From: the human T2T-CHM13v2.0 reference genome, Homo sapiens
Reading direction: 5' to 3' (one strand)
Assembly: GCF_009914755.1 (NCBI RefSeq)
Contig: NC_060930.1
Length of the DNA: 64,000 bases
Below are positions 45,771 through 59,315 of this stretch, one piece after another. The notes beneath the pieces were generated by a model. The model saw only the letters and a program-made list of their open reading frames with translations. It was not told where the DNA came from and did not search any database. The first letter of the stretch is position 1, and every line of letters begins with the position of its first letter. Both the position numbers and the translations under genes were made by a program.

Positions 45771-47254
45771 AAAGAATAATGTTTGATTTAAGTCCCCCAT
45801 TCCAAAATGCTTCACAAAATCTGCCTGTATGTACCTGACAGTTCCTAGGTGGGCATTCATTAACATTCACACAAATCCTTTAAGCTCACCATTAACTTAG
45901 GATGTAATTTAATTTTTTGTTAAGATCTGAAACAATCCCATTGCACAACTATGGGAATGAGTGTACAAGAGTAAAATTGAATAATGGAATCAATAAAACT
46001 TATAATAGAATGTATGTGACATATTTAGCTATATACACAATTATTATTTTGCTGCTCAATAAATAAACCTAAATTAAAATTAGGTCACAAAAGTAATTGG
46101 TATTTTTTGCATAGCCAAATTAAACCTTGATTTTCCTCTCCTTGTTTTATATTCATCAGCACAGATTTCAAGTTTTCCCCAGTAGTGTTTACTATTTGGT
46201 TCTCTTCACCCTCATCATCGGTATAGTCACCCTCACACTGACACTGACACATTAGAAAAACCAGGGCCCATAGTTCCTGTAGCACTGACTCCCACCCCAT
46301 GCCCTACAGTTGATATAATTTATGTTCATAGCCCATCAGTGCAGGCCCAAGACCACAACCTAAGAAGTCTTTGAGCATCTATCTGGTACCTGTACCACTA
46401 AAATGACATGTCTAGGAGCTCTGGACAACAGAGGACTTTAAGGCCCTAGGAACTTTGGAGAATGAGGCCATAGCTTACCTGCCCCAGGGCAGTTCAATAA
46501 GTACAGGCAAGTGGGGGGTTGGGTGTGGGAGAAGGTAGAATGAGCAATGGTTCTGCATTTCTAGCACTTGAGAATCCAAGGACGGGGAGATCAGAAAGAG
46601 AGACCTACACTAAGGAACACGAAAGACAGCAGTTAGCTCAGGGAACTTACTTTTAATCCAGACTTCTTGGCATTCTAAAAGACTATAATGGTGTTACTCT
46701 CCTGGTCAGTCTTAAACCCCAGTTTAACTCAGGGATGAAGCAGAAGCTTGCCAAAAATATTTCTAGCCATTCATGTCTAAAGTTATTTTAGTAAACACAA
46801 AGAAAGCTTTTATCCTCCAATGAAAGAAACACAATAACATACTAATACCAGGGAGAGTTTAACCACAGAATAAATAGAAATTGTATATAGATTAATAGAA
46901 TTCTAGGGTTGGACCTTAGAGATCAATTATAGCAACATTTTCTGATAAACCCATTGAAACCAAGAGAAGCAATCTTATAAAGAGTATAAATATATTGCAC
47001 AATAATTTACTAAATCCCAAAACACTGAAACCAGAAGTAAGCTGGAAATTTTAAAGAGGTTGCTTTAGGACAAAATAACACATGCAAATATTGTGTACTG
47101 ATGGGTTAATTAATTGAACCCGTAACCCTGCAAATGTTCTTGAAAAACAAGGCTATAGATAATTATAAAATGACAGACCTCCAGTGGACTATTGGAGAAA
47201 TTTAGAGAGATCTGAAATTAATATTATGACATAGTCTTAAAGACTTCTGTTCTG

Positions 47255-47403
47255 AACAGGGGTCAGAAGATGTGGGCTCGCTTCCTGTTTCACTAACCCA
47301 AAGTATGGTGCTGGACAAGATAATGGACTTTTTCTGAGCTCCTCCAGTTCCTCATATGTAAGAGAAAGAGCTGAATACATGATCTCTAAAGCCCCAAATT
47401 CTA
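47255..47403 (+). mobile_element. MIR/MIR3 fragment
   Basis: 'gtcagaagatgtgggctc...ctgagctcctccagttcctcatatgtaa...gatctctaaagcc'. Confidence 0.55.
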
Positions 47404-48993
47404 CACAATACTGTAGAAGTCACACAGTCTGCAAATTTCTTGAGGGCTACATCCACAGATATTAGACTGTCTACACCTTTGCTCTTATCCACTAAGCATC
47501 TCTTATGACTTTCACGTGACCAAAAAACTTCAGATCATTTTTAATACTTTTACTTTTTCTCAAAATTGCCTTGGATCTCATATTGTAGACCCTAAAATAA
47601 TGTATAATGTAAATTTCTCATACTAACTTAATACATGCTATGGAGTCATAAAATGCTAATAAAAATGATGAAAAGTGTCCCACAAGGAAGATACAACAAA
47701 AATACAGTAACCACTTACCCCCTAAATGATGAGATTATAAATTACAGAGATGGCCTGGTTCAGAGTAAAGATTAAAAGCAAAATTTTTAAAAATTCCCTC
47801 TCCAATTACAACTGATAAGACAAACTTCTAATAAACACTGACTGTGAGCAAGATTCTGTTTAGTTTACCTAGTCGATTCAAGTCTTCTTCTTCTTCATAA
47901 ATCACAACTTCTGCTTAACATATAGAATCATACCAGGACTTAGAAGAACGCTTTTATTTACTCCCTTGAACCCCCATGACAAAAGGCTTTGAAAATGGAT
48001 TTTTGACACTTAACGTTGCCAGATGTTCCACCTTGCTTTCTTTATTCTATTTCTAGTAGTCAAGGAGACTACCCATAAAGCAGCTGGTACAGCACTTATT
48101 CACCTAACATTTCTGTTCCAGAAATGATCATGCACAGAATTTAGCCTCTGGCACACAGGTTTAGTTTAGGCCTGAAAGAAAAGAAATTTTTTTCTAAGAC
48201 TATTGGAAAGAAAAAAGTCTAATTTCATACCATTTCTTCAAAGACTGAGTATTATTCATTAAAATACTCAACCATCTGGAAAAAATAATAATTGCAGTGC
48301 TGGAGGCCTTTTTTTAAAAATAACAAATCATTCCAAGTTTAAAGAAAGACAATGAATAGGATTCTCGCTTTCTTGTTAATTTATCCAGCAATATTAGAGT
48401 TTCAAGCACATTCGTTTCTATCAAGCATCTGACCTCCCCAAAGCCTGCTGCATTCCCAGACATATATCAAGAAATAGCTCAGATTTTTCAGCTTTCCTCA
48501 TTTACAGTTTCAGGGCAAGATCTGCCATCGATTTTTGCATATGACTCTGATTGATTCCAGTGGGAGTCCTGCACACAATTGGGCAGTACAAAATGATCCC
48601 TAGCCTAGCAGTCTGTGCTCCTCCCATAGAGATATGTTATAGTTTCCAATTCTAAACATTTCTGTTTCCTAAATCCTCTCCTCAGATCTTCAGAATTTTC
48701 TCCCTATCTCCTTTAATATATGAAAGCATAAATTCTAAAACTTGGGTAAACCATTTTTATGTATAATCTTAACTTAATATTTCTTTAACACACAGTCATT
48801 ATGGCCTCAGGTGTCTGGAAGTTTCAAACGCTATTATAAGCTCTGAATTTCCAAAGGAAAAATTATAAGTTATAATAATCTTAGGAATAATGCACAGCAT
48901 ATAGTGAGATTGTTAATGAGAGCAAGTAGTTGTATACTTCTACTCTGTTGCCAACAGAGATAAATATGATTTGTTCTTTTCACAGTTAGGAAT

Positions 48994-49510
48994 TGTGTCA
49001 TTTAGGAGCCCTTCTGCTTCAAGTAACAAAATATGTGAGTGAAAGTGGCTTAAACATTAATAACACTTTAGTGTCTCACTTACCAAGACTCCTTGGAGAA
49101 GAAGTTTCAGAGTTGGTTACTTTAGCTGTTCAGGAGGCTGAGGCAGAAGGATTGCTTGAGCCCAAGAGTTTGAGATCAGGCAGAGAAAAAAAGCAAAGTT
49201 TCATCTCAAAAGAAAAAAATAAGTCAGAGCTCTAGGTTGGCTTCCCTGCTACTTTGTTGGTTCCCCCTCGTGGTCACAAAATAGCTGCAGCACCTCCAAG
49301 CTCTTGCCACCATGTCACATCTCCCAAGGGGTGAAGGAGGAGTGTAGGCTTTCACTTCATTGTTTATTGCCTAGAGCTAGGGAGTGTGAGTTTAACTCCA
49401 CCTTTCCTGCTCACATTTCAGTCATACACCTGAACAAAATCAGAATTCAGAGTTTCGTTTGCAATGAAGTGGGAGGAATTGTTTAGAGCCATGAGTCAAT
49501 AGGGTCTACA
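48994..49510 (-). mobile_element. Old MLT1 (J/K/L-like) LTR with a FLAM/Alu fragment at ~49122-49219
   Basis: 'caagtaacaaaa...aaagtggcttaaac...gtggtcacaaaatagctgcagcacctcca'; insert 'ggaggctgaggcagaaggattgcttgagcccaagagtttgag'. Confidence 0.6.
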
Positions 49511-50332
49511 GCTGAAATTCCTTGCCTGACAACAACAGAAGCCACATTTATTAGTTATTTTGCATGACTACTTTTGGGTTAGTCACATGTGTAAAGAAAG
49601 TTCTTGACAAACATACAGAATATGTGTGTGTGGGAGAATGGTGCCCAGGAACCCAAAATACTTTTTCTCCAATCAAGGACCCCATTTCAAATAAGCTACC
49701 CCATCGTCAGAGATGTCAAAGTGACTTGTGGAATACCTCAAGAATACCTAATTATCTTCACTTTATCATTAATCCTAACATGAGTAGATATTTATTTAAT
49801 TATGTGTCCATTCACATGAATGCTAATGGTACAAATCTTGAAAAATATCTATGCTTTTATTTTCCTATATACTCTACTTAAGAACAAACTCTAAGACCTT
49901 GAGCTATAATGCAGGCAGGAATGAAAGCAAAGAATGAAAGGGAAAAAGGCTAGCACATAGAGTGCCAAACAAGGAAGGGAGTGTGCTATACCCAAAAATG
50001 ATCAGAAGCCAGAGATCAAATAAAAATAATAGTTTCAATGTGGGGCTGGTATTAAAAACAGAAAAATACCCAAAAGCCAGAGGCCAACACATGGCCACGG
50101 ATGAAAGTAAGCACCTAAGAGCAAGCAAAAAATGCAGAATCTTTGTGTTAAGACAAGACAGAGTTAAGAGTGAGAAACCACAAATGAAAGATTAAAAAAT
50201 GTGACAACCACGCAATAGAAAATCTACAGATGAGTCAACAGCCCTTCCAACAGGAAAGAAAATAGCTGCAAGAAACATGTGCACCAGCTTACCCAAATTG
50301 TGTAAATAAAACCATATCTGGCACAAGTGGGA

Positions 50333-50401
50333 ACATTGAATTGTATGTTACACTTAAAATAAGTGAATTATATGGTATGTAAATTATACCTCAATAAAAT
50401 T
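50333..50401 (+). mobile_element. L1M 3'-terminal tip
   Basis: 'cacttaaaataagtgaattatatggtatgtaaattatacctcaataaaa'. Confidence 0.65.
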
Positions 50402-50439
50402 ATCCCATTCCTCCCTCTCACAAACAAGTAATGCAGTTT

Positions 50440-50782
50440 CTTCATTGGTGCTCTCCCTCTGTCTTGGGTACCTGCCTTTGGATACAGCCATTATGTGAGA
50501 AAGCCCAGGACTGATGCTGAGGCTATGTATAGATGTTCCAACCAAAGCTTCTGCTAGACACCTAGCTGACAGGCAGCATCAACTGCCAGACACTTGGGTG
50601 AGCAAGCCTCTAGATGATTCCAGCCCCAGCTGAGGATTCAGTCATCATGGAGTAGAAGCAAGGCATCCCTGCATGCCCTGTCTGAATTCCTGACCCATAG
50701 AAGCCATGAGAGAAAATAAGTAATTATGGCTTTAAGCCACAAAGTTTTGGAGTAATTTGCTATACCAATAAATAGCTAATAC
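50440..50782 (+). mobile_element. MLT1G/H-family LTR (3' part)
   Basis: 'cagcatcaactgccagacac...gatgattccagccccagc...ctgaattcctgacccatagaa...tttaagccacaaagttttggagtaatttgctata'. Confidence 0.75.
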
Positions 50783-51049
50783 TGACACTAATGAAATCAC
50801 CATACAAATGATTGCAAAATGACAACTGTGACAAGTCATGAAAGGAAAAAGCATCTGGAACAGTGAGAGTATATAATTGGGAAATAAATTTATTTCCCAC
50901 AATAAATCCACAAAAATTCACGGAGTCAGTAAAGGCTTATAGTTCCAATATACTGAATGAATGGGTACTAAGTACAGTCAACGAGTAATTGTAAAATGAT
51001 TTTGTCGGAGAGATGGGAAGGTAGGCATGAGCATAGGTTTGTTAGACAA

Positions 51050-51225
51050 GCCTCCCAGGTTGGTGACTCTATCACAACCAGCTATGTGACCTTGGAAAGG
51101 TAACCTCTCTGAGCCTCAGTTCCTTCTCTGTAAGACAGATGTTTGGGAGGATTGAATGAGATGGTGCATGAGCTTAGTATACAGCTTGATTGAATATTAA
51201 TTCAATGGTTGTTATTATTATTATG
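51050..51225 (+). mobile_element. MIR
   Basis: 'agctatgtgaccttggaaagg...aacctctctgagcctcagttcc...gaggattgaatgaga'. Confidence 0.75.
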
Positions 51226-52019
51226 AAGTGCTTGGGTTTCCCCCAATGGCATGGCCCCAAACAATCTCTTCCAGAAAGGTTACTATTTAGCTATGGGTTT
51301 TAGAGACATGGAAATAATAAATTTTTTAAAGTCCATTTTATGAACAAATTGTTTAAGTGCAAACATATTCTTCTCACATTTCTAATTTCTGAGCTCCCTA
51401 ATTAATTGCTCCTAGTCATTAGTAAAAAATAATCATAGAATCAAGTTGCAATTTCTGCTAAACAGTTAAAGTGTGAGGTTTTCATTTATTTGTTACATGT
51501 AATTTATGAAATTTGATAGTAAATATCATTTCAGATGATGCCTTCATTGTTAGGGATGCAGTTTTGCTATGTCTTTTTTTTGCAAAACTATTTATCAGCT
51601 GATAGCTTTTTCTATATGGTATTTGCTATTTTAGAGAACAGGTCAGGAGTCAAAAATAATCTAAAATACAGGAATGGAAGAAGTAAGTTTACTTTTTTTC
51701 TTTCATTAAAGTTATTGCATATTTGTGGTCTGAGAAGCTCATCAGTAAGCCAGCAGGGTAATAAGCAGTTTCCAACAAACATAGCCTGCTGCAGATAGCC
51801 AGAGAAGACACTATGAATCAGATTCATCTGATATTGGCATCTGTTGTAATTCACTGAATGACTTGAGAGGGGATCAAAAAGGAAGTCTAACCTCTAGTAC
51901 AGAACAAGCATGCATTTGGAGCTCTGTATTTTCACTGTATCATTTTGCTGCTTCAAGAATGTTGGCAAAGAATTGTCATCTAAGGACATTTGTAAAGTAA
52001 AGAGCATCTTTCTAAGATT

Positions 52020-52126
52020 TAGGGTAAAGTCTTATCTGTACCTTACCTGTCTTTCTGTGCTTCGTGCCTTGCATGATTCCTAGATCATAAGAGGCACTCG
52101 ATTAATGTGTGCTGAGCTGAATTGAA
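52020..52126 (+). mobile_element. L2 3' terminus
   Basis: 'gaggcactcgattaatgtgtgctgagctgaattgaa'. Confidence 0.55.
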
Positions 52127-52281
52127 GTGTCAGGTCAGAAAGTAGACTCAAAGTCTTCAGAAGAATTCTTTGTAAAACCTTGAACATAAAGATGTTTCTC
52201 TCCTAAGCCCAAGAAAGCCACACTATAGCTGCTGCTGTACTTTGCTCTCTCAATCTAGGCCTTTTCCCTGGCTTGGACTCT

Positions 52282-52520
52282 ACAGTATAGCACGGTAGAT
52301 AAGAAAAAAATCTGTGGAGTAAGCCTGGCTGAGTTTAAATCCCAGTGCTGCCACTTGCCAGCTGTGTTACCTTGGGCAGTCTCTGAGCCTCAGTATTTCA
52401 TTTGCAAAATGAAGAATAGCAGTGGCTACTTGTTAAGATTATCGTGAAGAATAAATCCGTAAGTTCATGTAAAGTCAGTAGACTGTAGCTGGCATATAAT
52501 AAGCAGTCAATAAATGTTTC
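52282..52520 (+). mobile_element. Near full-length MIR
   Basis: tRNA-like head 'cagtatagcacggtag...gagtttaaatcccag', core 'agctgtgttaccttgggcag...ctgagcctcagt', tail 'caataaatgtt'. Confidence 0.82.
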
Positions 52521-54725
52521 TTGTAATGACAGGCAGCCAATCTTGTATTGTTCTGGGCATGCAGCCCAGGGCCATGTCCCTGTTTAGGAAGCCACACAGA
52601 CCACTGCAGCAGAGAATTCTCTTTGAACTCACACACTCTGAGAAAAATGACTGGAGGAGGTTTTCTTTCCCCCAGCACTCTAGAGAGTATGGTGTATGGA
52701 GACTCACACTGTCAATCCTTGGAAACCCCAGCTGTGAACAAAAACACAAACTTCTTTTATTTGTGGGCAGTCAGTTGGTTTCCTGTCAATTTCATTTTAA
52801 TTAATGACAAATGTGTCCTGAAAATTCAACCAGTCCTTGATTTTTCTCAGCAAATTAGGCATTCTTGCCACACTTCCCCAAAACATCACTAGCCACATTC
52901 AGAAACACCTCGTTTTTGGTATACTTTAAAATACGTATTTTAAAGACTTGAAATGCTGCCACCTAGAGACTACAAATTCATAAAGATAACTACAACAGTG
53001 ATCATGAAAGACCACTAAAATAGAACTTGGATAGGCATTCTAAATGTCACTGTAAAATTTTGTAATATAAATGGATTATGTACCTATTTTGTATAAAACA
53101 AATACTATCAAGCAAAAAAAGTAAAAATAATTCAGAGCAGAAATAAATAATTCTCATTATAATTAATATTTCTAAACGAAATGTCCATCACAGGCAATAT
53201 ACTATTGTTGTTTTAATGTGGAATCATCCCTCCCTCAGAGCAGAATGGAAATTTATGGTGTTGAGAACATCTTATCTTCTGGCTCACAGTCCACACCCAG
53301 GTGGTGAGGTTCCACCTGCTGAACCCTGATAAACCATACACATCTTCAGGAGAACAGAGACCAGATGGTGCATGCAAAACCTAGAGCCTAATCTACAGGC
53401 TTTCTGTGTCTCTATACTATATGAATCTCTTCCTGTCCGTACACCTTTGGGTAAACCATATTTTTATGTCCAGGGATTAAAACTACATGGTGAAGGATGA
53501 GGCATAAATAGCTAGTTATTTGGCTACTATTTGAAATTTTATAAAAATTGGAAGAAGAATTGAAGACAATTGTTATTTCCATTACACAAGAAAGAATATT
53601 TTGCTAACACTATCCATTATTCACAAGGAAGAAAAATCCAACCATGAATATATTGAAGTTTTCTACACTTTCCATTACTATATGACCACTGCATCCTTTC
53701 CAGACTTCAAATCTCTCTTGCTGAATTGCAGCCTTTGAAAATCGTTACTACCTTTGATTCTTTTTAAGCAATTTTTGTTTTTGAATGTTTACACCCACCA
53801 GCCTGTCTCTTTAGTCTGGTCTAATTTTCATTCAGCTACTGACAAAAGGGCAAAGTCGTTTCACAGCCACCTACAATTGTCCAGTCTGTAATGGAATGGA
53901 ATAAGATAATCATGAAGATATTAGAGATAATTTAGCTCATTTGATAGAAAATGTTACATTTAGGAAAAAAATATATTAAAAATTCTACCCCTGGTGGCTA
54001 CAGTCCAACAAATACTTGGAAACCTGCAAGTCTGTGGAGAATAAGTCACCTTGCCTTTCATTACACAGTGGACCAAGTAGCAACCCAGTTTCCCAATTAT
54101 CTTCAAGAAGTGTCAACAATAGAAGATCTGATATTCTGTTTTTAAAAAGAAAAGTGTCATGATCACTATAATCCATTTATTTAGTGGATGGACTCTCATA
54201 CAGTACATAATGGGCTTGAGATATAAACTTGGATCTCAATGTTGAAAGCCGGGTAGGATTTGATTAAATCTATCTAAATGCAACCATAATACAATTGTAG
54301 ATTTCAATTAGGAAGAAACATGACCACACCAAAAAGATAATATTGCATTACATTTGTTCTGGAAGGCTGGATCAAGGATAAGAAAACTGGAAGTAATGAA
54401 AAGTTCCCTTTAATTTTTTTTTCTCTGTATCTTATCATGGTTTTGCTCTGCTACTGTCAAATTCGAGAGTAGTTGATTCTTTTAAGGAGAATATAAATCA
54501 GATTCTCATTTTTTCTGCAAACTCCATACTGAATTGAATTTTTAAAATTATTTTATAATGCCTTTTGTTAGTAATTCTTTTGAATGCTTTTTATTGATAT
54601 TCTACTTCAAATGGGTAAAGAAAATGTGTGAGTAAAGGATTCATAAACCATGTGAAACTGAAATAAAGGGAAAAATAAGAAAGCACAGCAAATAATTTCT
54701 GAGATAGAAACCCGGTCTCCCCTCA

Positions 54726-54844
54726 ACACACACACATACACATATACATACACATACACATACACATACACATACATACACATACACACACACATACACA
54801 TACACATACACATACATACACATACACACACACACACACACGTG
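54726..54844. repeat. Compound (CA)n/(CATACA)n/(CATA)n microsatellite
   Basis: Direct reading; ~119 bp of alternating purine-pyrimidine. Confidence 0.95.
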
Positions 54845-57800
54845 AAAACAAGAAGAAATAGAGTCATGTCAAAGTAAAACATCTCTGAACCATTGAAAGA
54901 GACAAATGTCAGCATGCAAATAATTTCATATACCTACATCATATGTTGAAGTCAGAAGATTCCATTTCACGGAAATTAAAATTTGCCTCGTGTGAAACCT
55001 CCAAACAGAGAGAGGACAGAGGATAGAATAGAACCTATTCTATCCACTCCACGCTCCTTAAAGTTGAGTCCAAAGTAATGATTCTAGAATTTATCTGTGG
55101 TGAGAATCCTCTGGTCAAGGATTTGTTCAGATTCTAACAAGTGGGAGACTTTTTGTAAAGGAATTTTCCCTCATTGGTTTTAGTGCTTCCTCTAAAGTTA
55201 TGATCTATATAAGAGCAGGAAAATAATACAAGAGCTATGCCTTAAAAAATGCTGAATTTTGTTCTGTATACAGAATTACTTTGTAGCATTCAATGACTCA
55301 TTCATTTAACAGTCAGTAATTTAACCGTAAATAACATACCTAAATTGTACTGGGTTTGCAATATTAGATAATCTCTTTATTCATCAAAATCATAATAGTT
55401 ATAATAGGTAAGAACATGTGTGATACAAAACAATACATAAATGCTAAAAGTGAAAGAAATCAGAATTCAATGGATTCCTAGTATTTTCATTCATAATAGT
55501 ACAATAAACGGTACCCCATCTAAGTATGACCAGTTTTTCCCCTGAAATGATCTAAAATGTAGCATCATTTTGTCATCAAATTGCAAAGTCCAGTTTCATA
55601 CTGCATCTAGGAACACCTTTGATACATACGGCTTTCTCAATATACCAAGATGACATAAGCCAGGCAGAATAGAATTAATAGGAAATTTTGTTGACTATCG
55701 TGCCCACTAACATCATAGGAGCAGATTATACACAATCAAAAAAAAGCTCAAAGGAATAAAGTTTTCTCTAAAGTTTTTTTCATATTAAAATATCTCCTCC
55801 AATTCCTTTTCAATTCAGGCCTCAAACCAATCCCCAGCATTTTATTAAAAAAAAATAAGCTGTTATCAAGAAATCTAGAAGAAAGGTGCTTTTGATACTT
55901 GTTTTTTGTTTGTTTTATTATACTTTAAGTTCTGGGATACATGTGCAGAACATGCAGGTTTGTTATATATGTATACACATGCCATGGTGGTTTGCTGCAC
56001 CCATCAACTCATCATCTACATTAGGTATTTCTCCTAATGCTATCCCTCCCCAATCCCCCTTCCCCTGGATAGGCCCCCTAGTATGATGTTCCCCTCCCTG
56101 TGTCCATGTGTTCTCATTGTTCAACTCCCACTCATGAGTGAGAACATGTGGTGTTTGGTTTTCTGTTCCTGTGTTAGTTTGCTGAGAATGATGGTTTCCA
56201 GCTTCATCCATGTCCCTGCAAAGGACATGAACTCAACCTTTTTTAAGGCTGCTTAGTATTCTATGGTGTGTATGTGCCACATTTTCTTTATCCAGTCTAT
56301 CAATGATGGGCATTTGGCTTGGTGCCAAGTCGTTGCTATTGTAAACAGTGCTGCAATAAACATATGTGTGTATGTGTCTTTATAGTAGAATGATTTATAA
56401 TCCTTTGGGTATATACCCAGGAATGGGATTGCTGGGTCAAATGGTATTTCTGGATCTAGATCCTTGAGGAATCGCCACACTGTCTTCAACAATGGTTGAA
56501 CTAATTTACACTCCCACCAACAGTGTAAAAGTGGTCCTATTTCTCCACATCCTCTCCAGCACCTGTTGTTTCCTGACTTTTTAATGATCGCCATTCTAAC
56601 TGGCGTGAGATGGTATCTCATTGTGGTTTTGGTTTGCATTTCTTTAATGACCAGTGATGATGAGCATTTTTTCATATATTTGTTGGCTGCATAAATGTCT
56701 TCTTTGGAGAAGTGTCTATTAATGTCCTTTGCTCATTTTTTGATGGGGTTGTTTTTTTTTTCTTGTAAATTTATTTAAGTTTCTTGTAGATTCTGGATAT
56801 TAGCCCTTTGTCAGATGGATAGATTGCAAAAATTTTCTCCCATTTTATAGGTTGCCTGTTGACTCTGATGATAGTTTCTTTTGCTGTGCAGAAGCTCTTT
56901 AGTTTAATTAGATCCCATTTGTCAATTTTGGCTTTTGTTGCCGTTGCTTTTGGTGTTTTAGTCATGAAGTCTTTGCCCATGCCTATGTCTTCAGTGGTAT
57001 TGCCTAGGTTTTCTTCTAGGGTTTTTATGGTTTTAAGTCTTACCTTTAAGTCTTTAATCCATCTTGAGTTAATTTTTGTAGAAGATGTAAGGAGCAGGTC
57101 TAGTTTCAGTTTTGTGCATATGGCTAGCCAGTTTTCCCAACACCATTTATTAAATAGGTAATCCTTTCCCTATTGCTTATTTTTGTCAGGCTTGTCAAAG
57201 ATCAGATGGTTGTAGATGTGTGGTGTTATTTCTGAGGCCTCTGTTCTGTTCCATTGGTCTATATATCTGTTTGGGTACCAGTACCATGCTATTTTGGTTA
57301 CTGTAGCCTTGTAGTATAGCTCAAAGTCAGGTAGCATGATGCCTCCATTTTTGTTCTTTTTGCTTAGGATTGTCTTGGCTGTATAGGCTTTTTTTGGTTC
57401 CATAAGAAACTTAATTTTTTTCTAATTCTGCAAAGAAAGTCAGTGGTAGCTTGATGGGGATAGCATTGAATCTATAAATAACTTTGGGCAGTATGGCCAT
57501 TTTCGTGATATTGATACTTCCTATCCATGACCATGAAATGCTTTTCCATTTGTTTGTATCCTCTCTTATTTCCTTGAGCAGTGGTTTGTAGTTCTCATTG
57601 AAGAGGTCCTTCACATCACTTGTAAGTTGTATTCCTAGGTATTTTATTCTCTTTCTAGCAATCGTGAATGGGAGTTCACTCATGGTTTGGTTCTCTGTTT
57701 GTCTATTATTGGTGCATAGGAATGCTTGCGATTTTCAAACATTGATTTTATATCCTGAGACTTTGCTGAAGTTGCTTATCGGCTTAAGAAGACTTTGGGC

Positions 57801-58531
57801 TGAGACGATGGGGTTTTCTAAATATACAATCATGTTATCTGTGAACAGAGACAATTTGACTTCTTTTCTTCCTATTTGGATACACTGTATTTCTTTCTCT
57901 TGCCTAATTGCCCTGGGCAGAACTTCCAATACTATGTTGAATAGGAGTGGTGAGAGAGGGCATCCTTGTCTTGTGCCAGTTTTCAAAAGGAATGCTTCCA
58001 GTTTTTGCCCATTCAGTATGATATTGGCTGTGGGTTTGTCATAAATAGCTCTTATTATTTTGAGATACATTCCATCAACACCTAGTTTATTGAGAGTTTT
58101 TAGCATGAAGGGGTGTTGAATTTTGTTAAAGGCCTTTTCTGCATCTATTGAGATAATCATGTGGTTTTGTCATTGGTTCTGCTTATGTGATGGATTATGT
58201 TTATTGATTTGTGTATGTTGAAACAGCTTTGCATTCCAGGGATGAAGCTGACTTGATTGTGGTGGATAAGTTTTTTGAGGTGCTGCTGGATTCAGTTTGC
58301 CAGTATTTTATTGAGGATTTTCGCATCGATGTTTATCAAGGATATTGGCCTGAAATTTTCTTTTTTTGGTGTGTCTCTGCCAGGTTTTGTTATCAGAATG
58401 ATGCTGGCTTCATAAAATGAGTTAGGGATGAGTCCCTCTTTTTGTATTGTTTGGAATAGTTTCAGAAGCAATGGCACCAGCTCCTCTTTGTACCTCTGGT
58501 AGAATTCAGCTGTGAATCTGTCTGGTCCTGG

Positions 58532-58549
58532 GTGTGTGTGTGTGTGTGT
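58532..58549. repeat. (GT)9 microsatellite inside L1PA7 ORF2
   Basis: Direct reading. Confidence 0.85.
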
Positions 58550-58584
58550 TTGGTTAGTAGGCTATTAATTACTGCCTCAATTTA

Positions 58585-58695
<111 letters not shown>

Positions 58696-58890
58696 CTAGA
58701 GGTGTTTATAGTATTCTCTGATGGTAGTTTATATTTCTGTGGGATCAGTGGTGATATCCCCTTTATCATTTTTTCTTGTGTCTATTTGATTCTTCTCTTT
58801 TCTTCTTTATTAGTCTGGCTAGTGGTCTATGTTGTTAATCTTCTTAAAAAACCAGCTCCTGGATTCACTGATTTTTTGAAGGGTTTTTCA

Positions 58891-59013
<123 letters not shown>

Positions 59014-59284
59014 TCATTCCCACTTTCTCCTGCAGGCATTTAGTGCTGTAAATTTTCCTCTAAACACTGCTTTAGCTGTGTCCCAGAGATTCTGGTACGT
59101 TGTGTCTTTGTTCTCATTGGTTTCAAAGAACATCTTTATTTCTGCCTTCATTTTGTTATGTACCCAGTAGTCATTCAGGAGCAGGTTGTTCAGTTTCCCT
59201 GTAGTTGTGTGATTTTGAGTGAGTTTTTTAATCCTGAGTGCTAATTTGATTGCACTGTGGTCTAAGAGACTTTGCTTTGATTTG

Positions 59285-59313
<29 letters not shown>
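59285..59313. repeat. T29 homopolymer inside L1PA7 ORF2
   Basis: Direct reading. Confidence 0.9.

Positions 59314-59315
<2 letters not shown>

Noticed and set aside
49492-50237. Two TGAGTCA (AP-1) motifs as an enhancer
   Set aside because: 7-mers are expected several times by chance in 64 kb; no supporting evidence in the sequence.
52475-52892. Four overlapping ORFs suggesting a coding exon
   Set aside because: No recognisable protein, partial overlap with a MIR, no convincing paired splice sites.
54607-54915. Cys/Val/Tyr-rich ORFs (also 11189-11646)
   Set aside because: Translations of (CA)n-type microsatellites.
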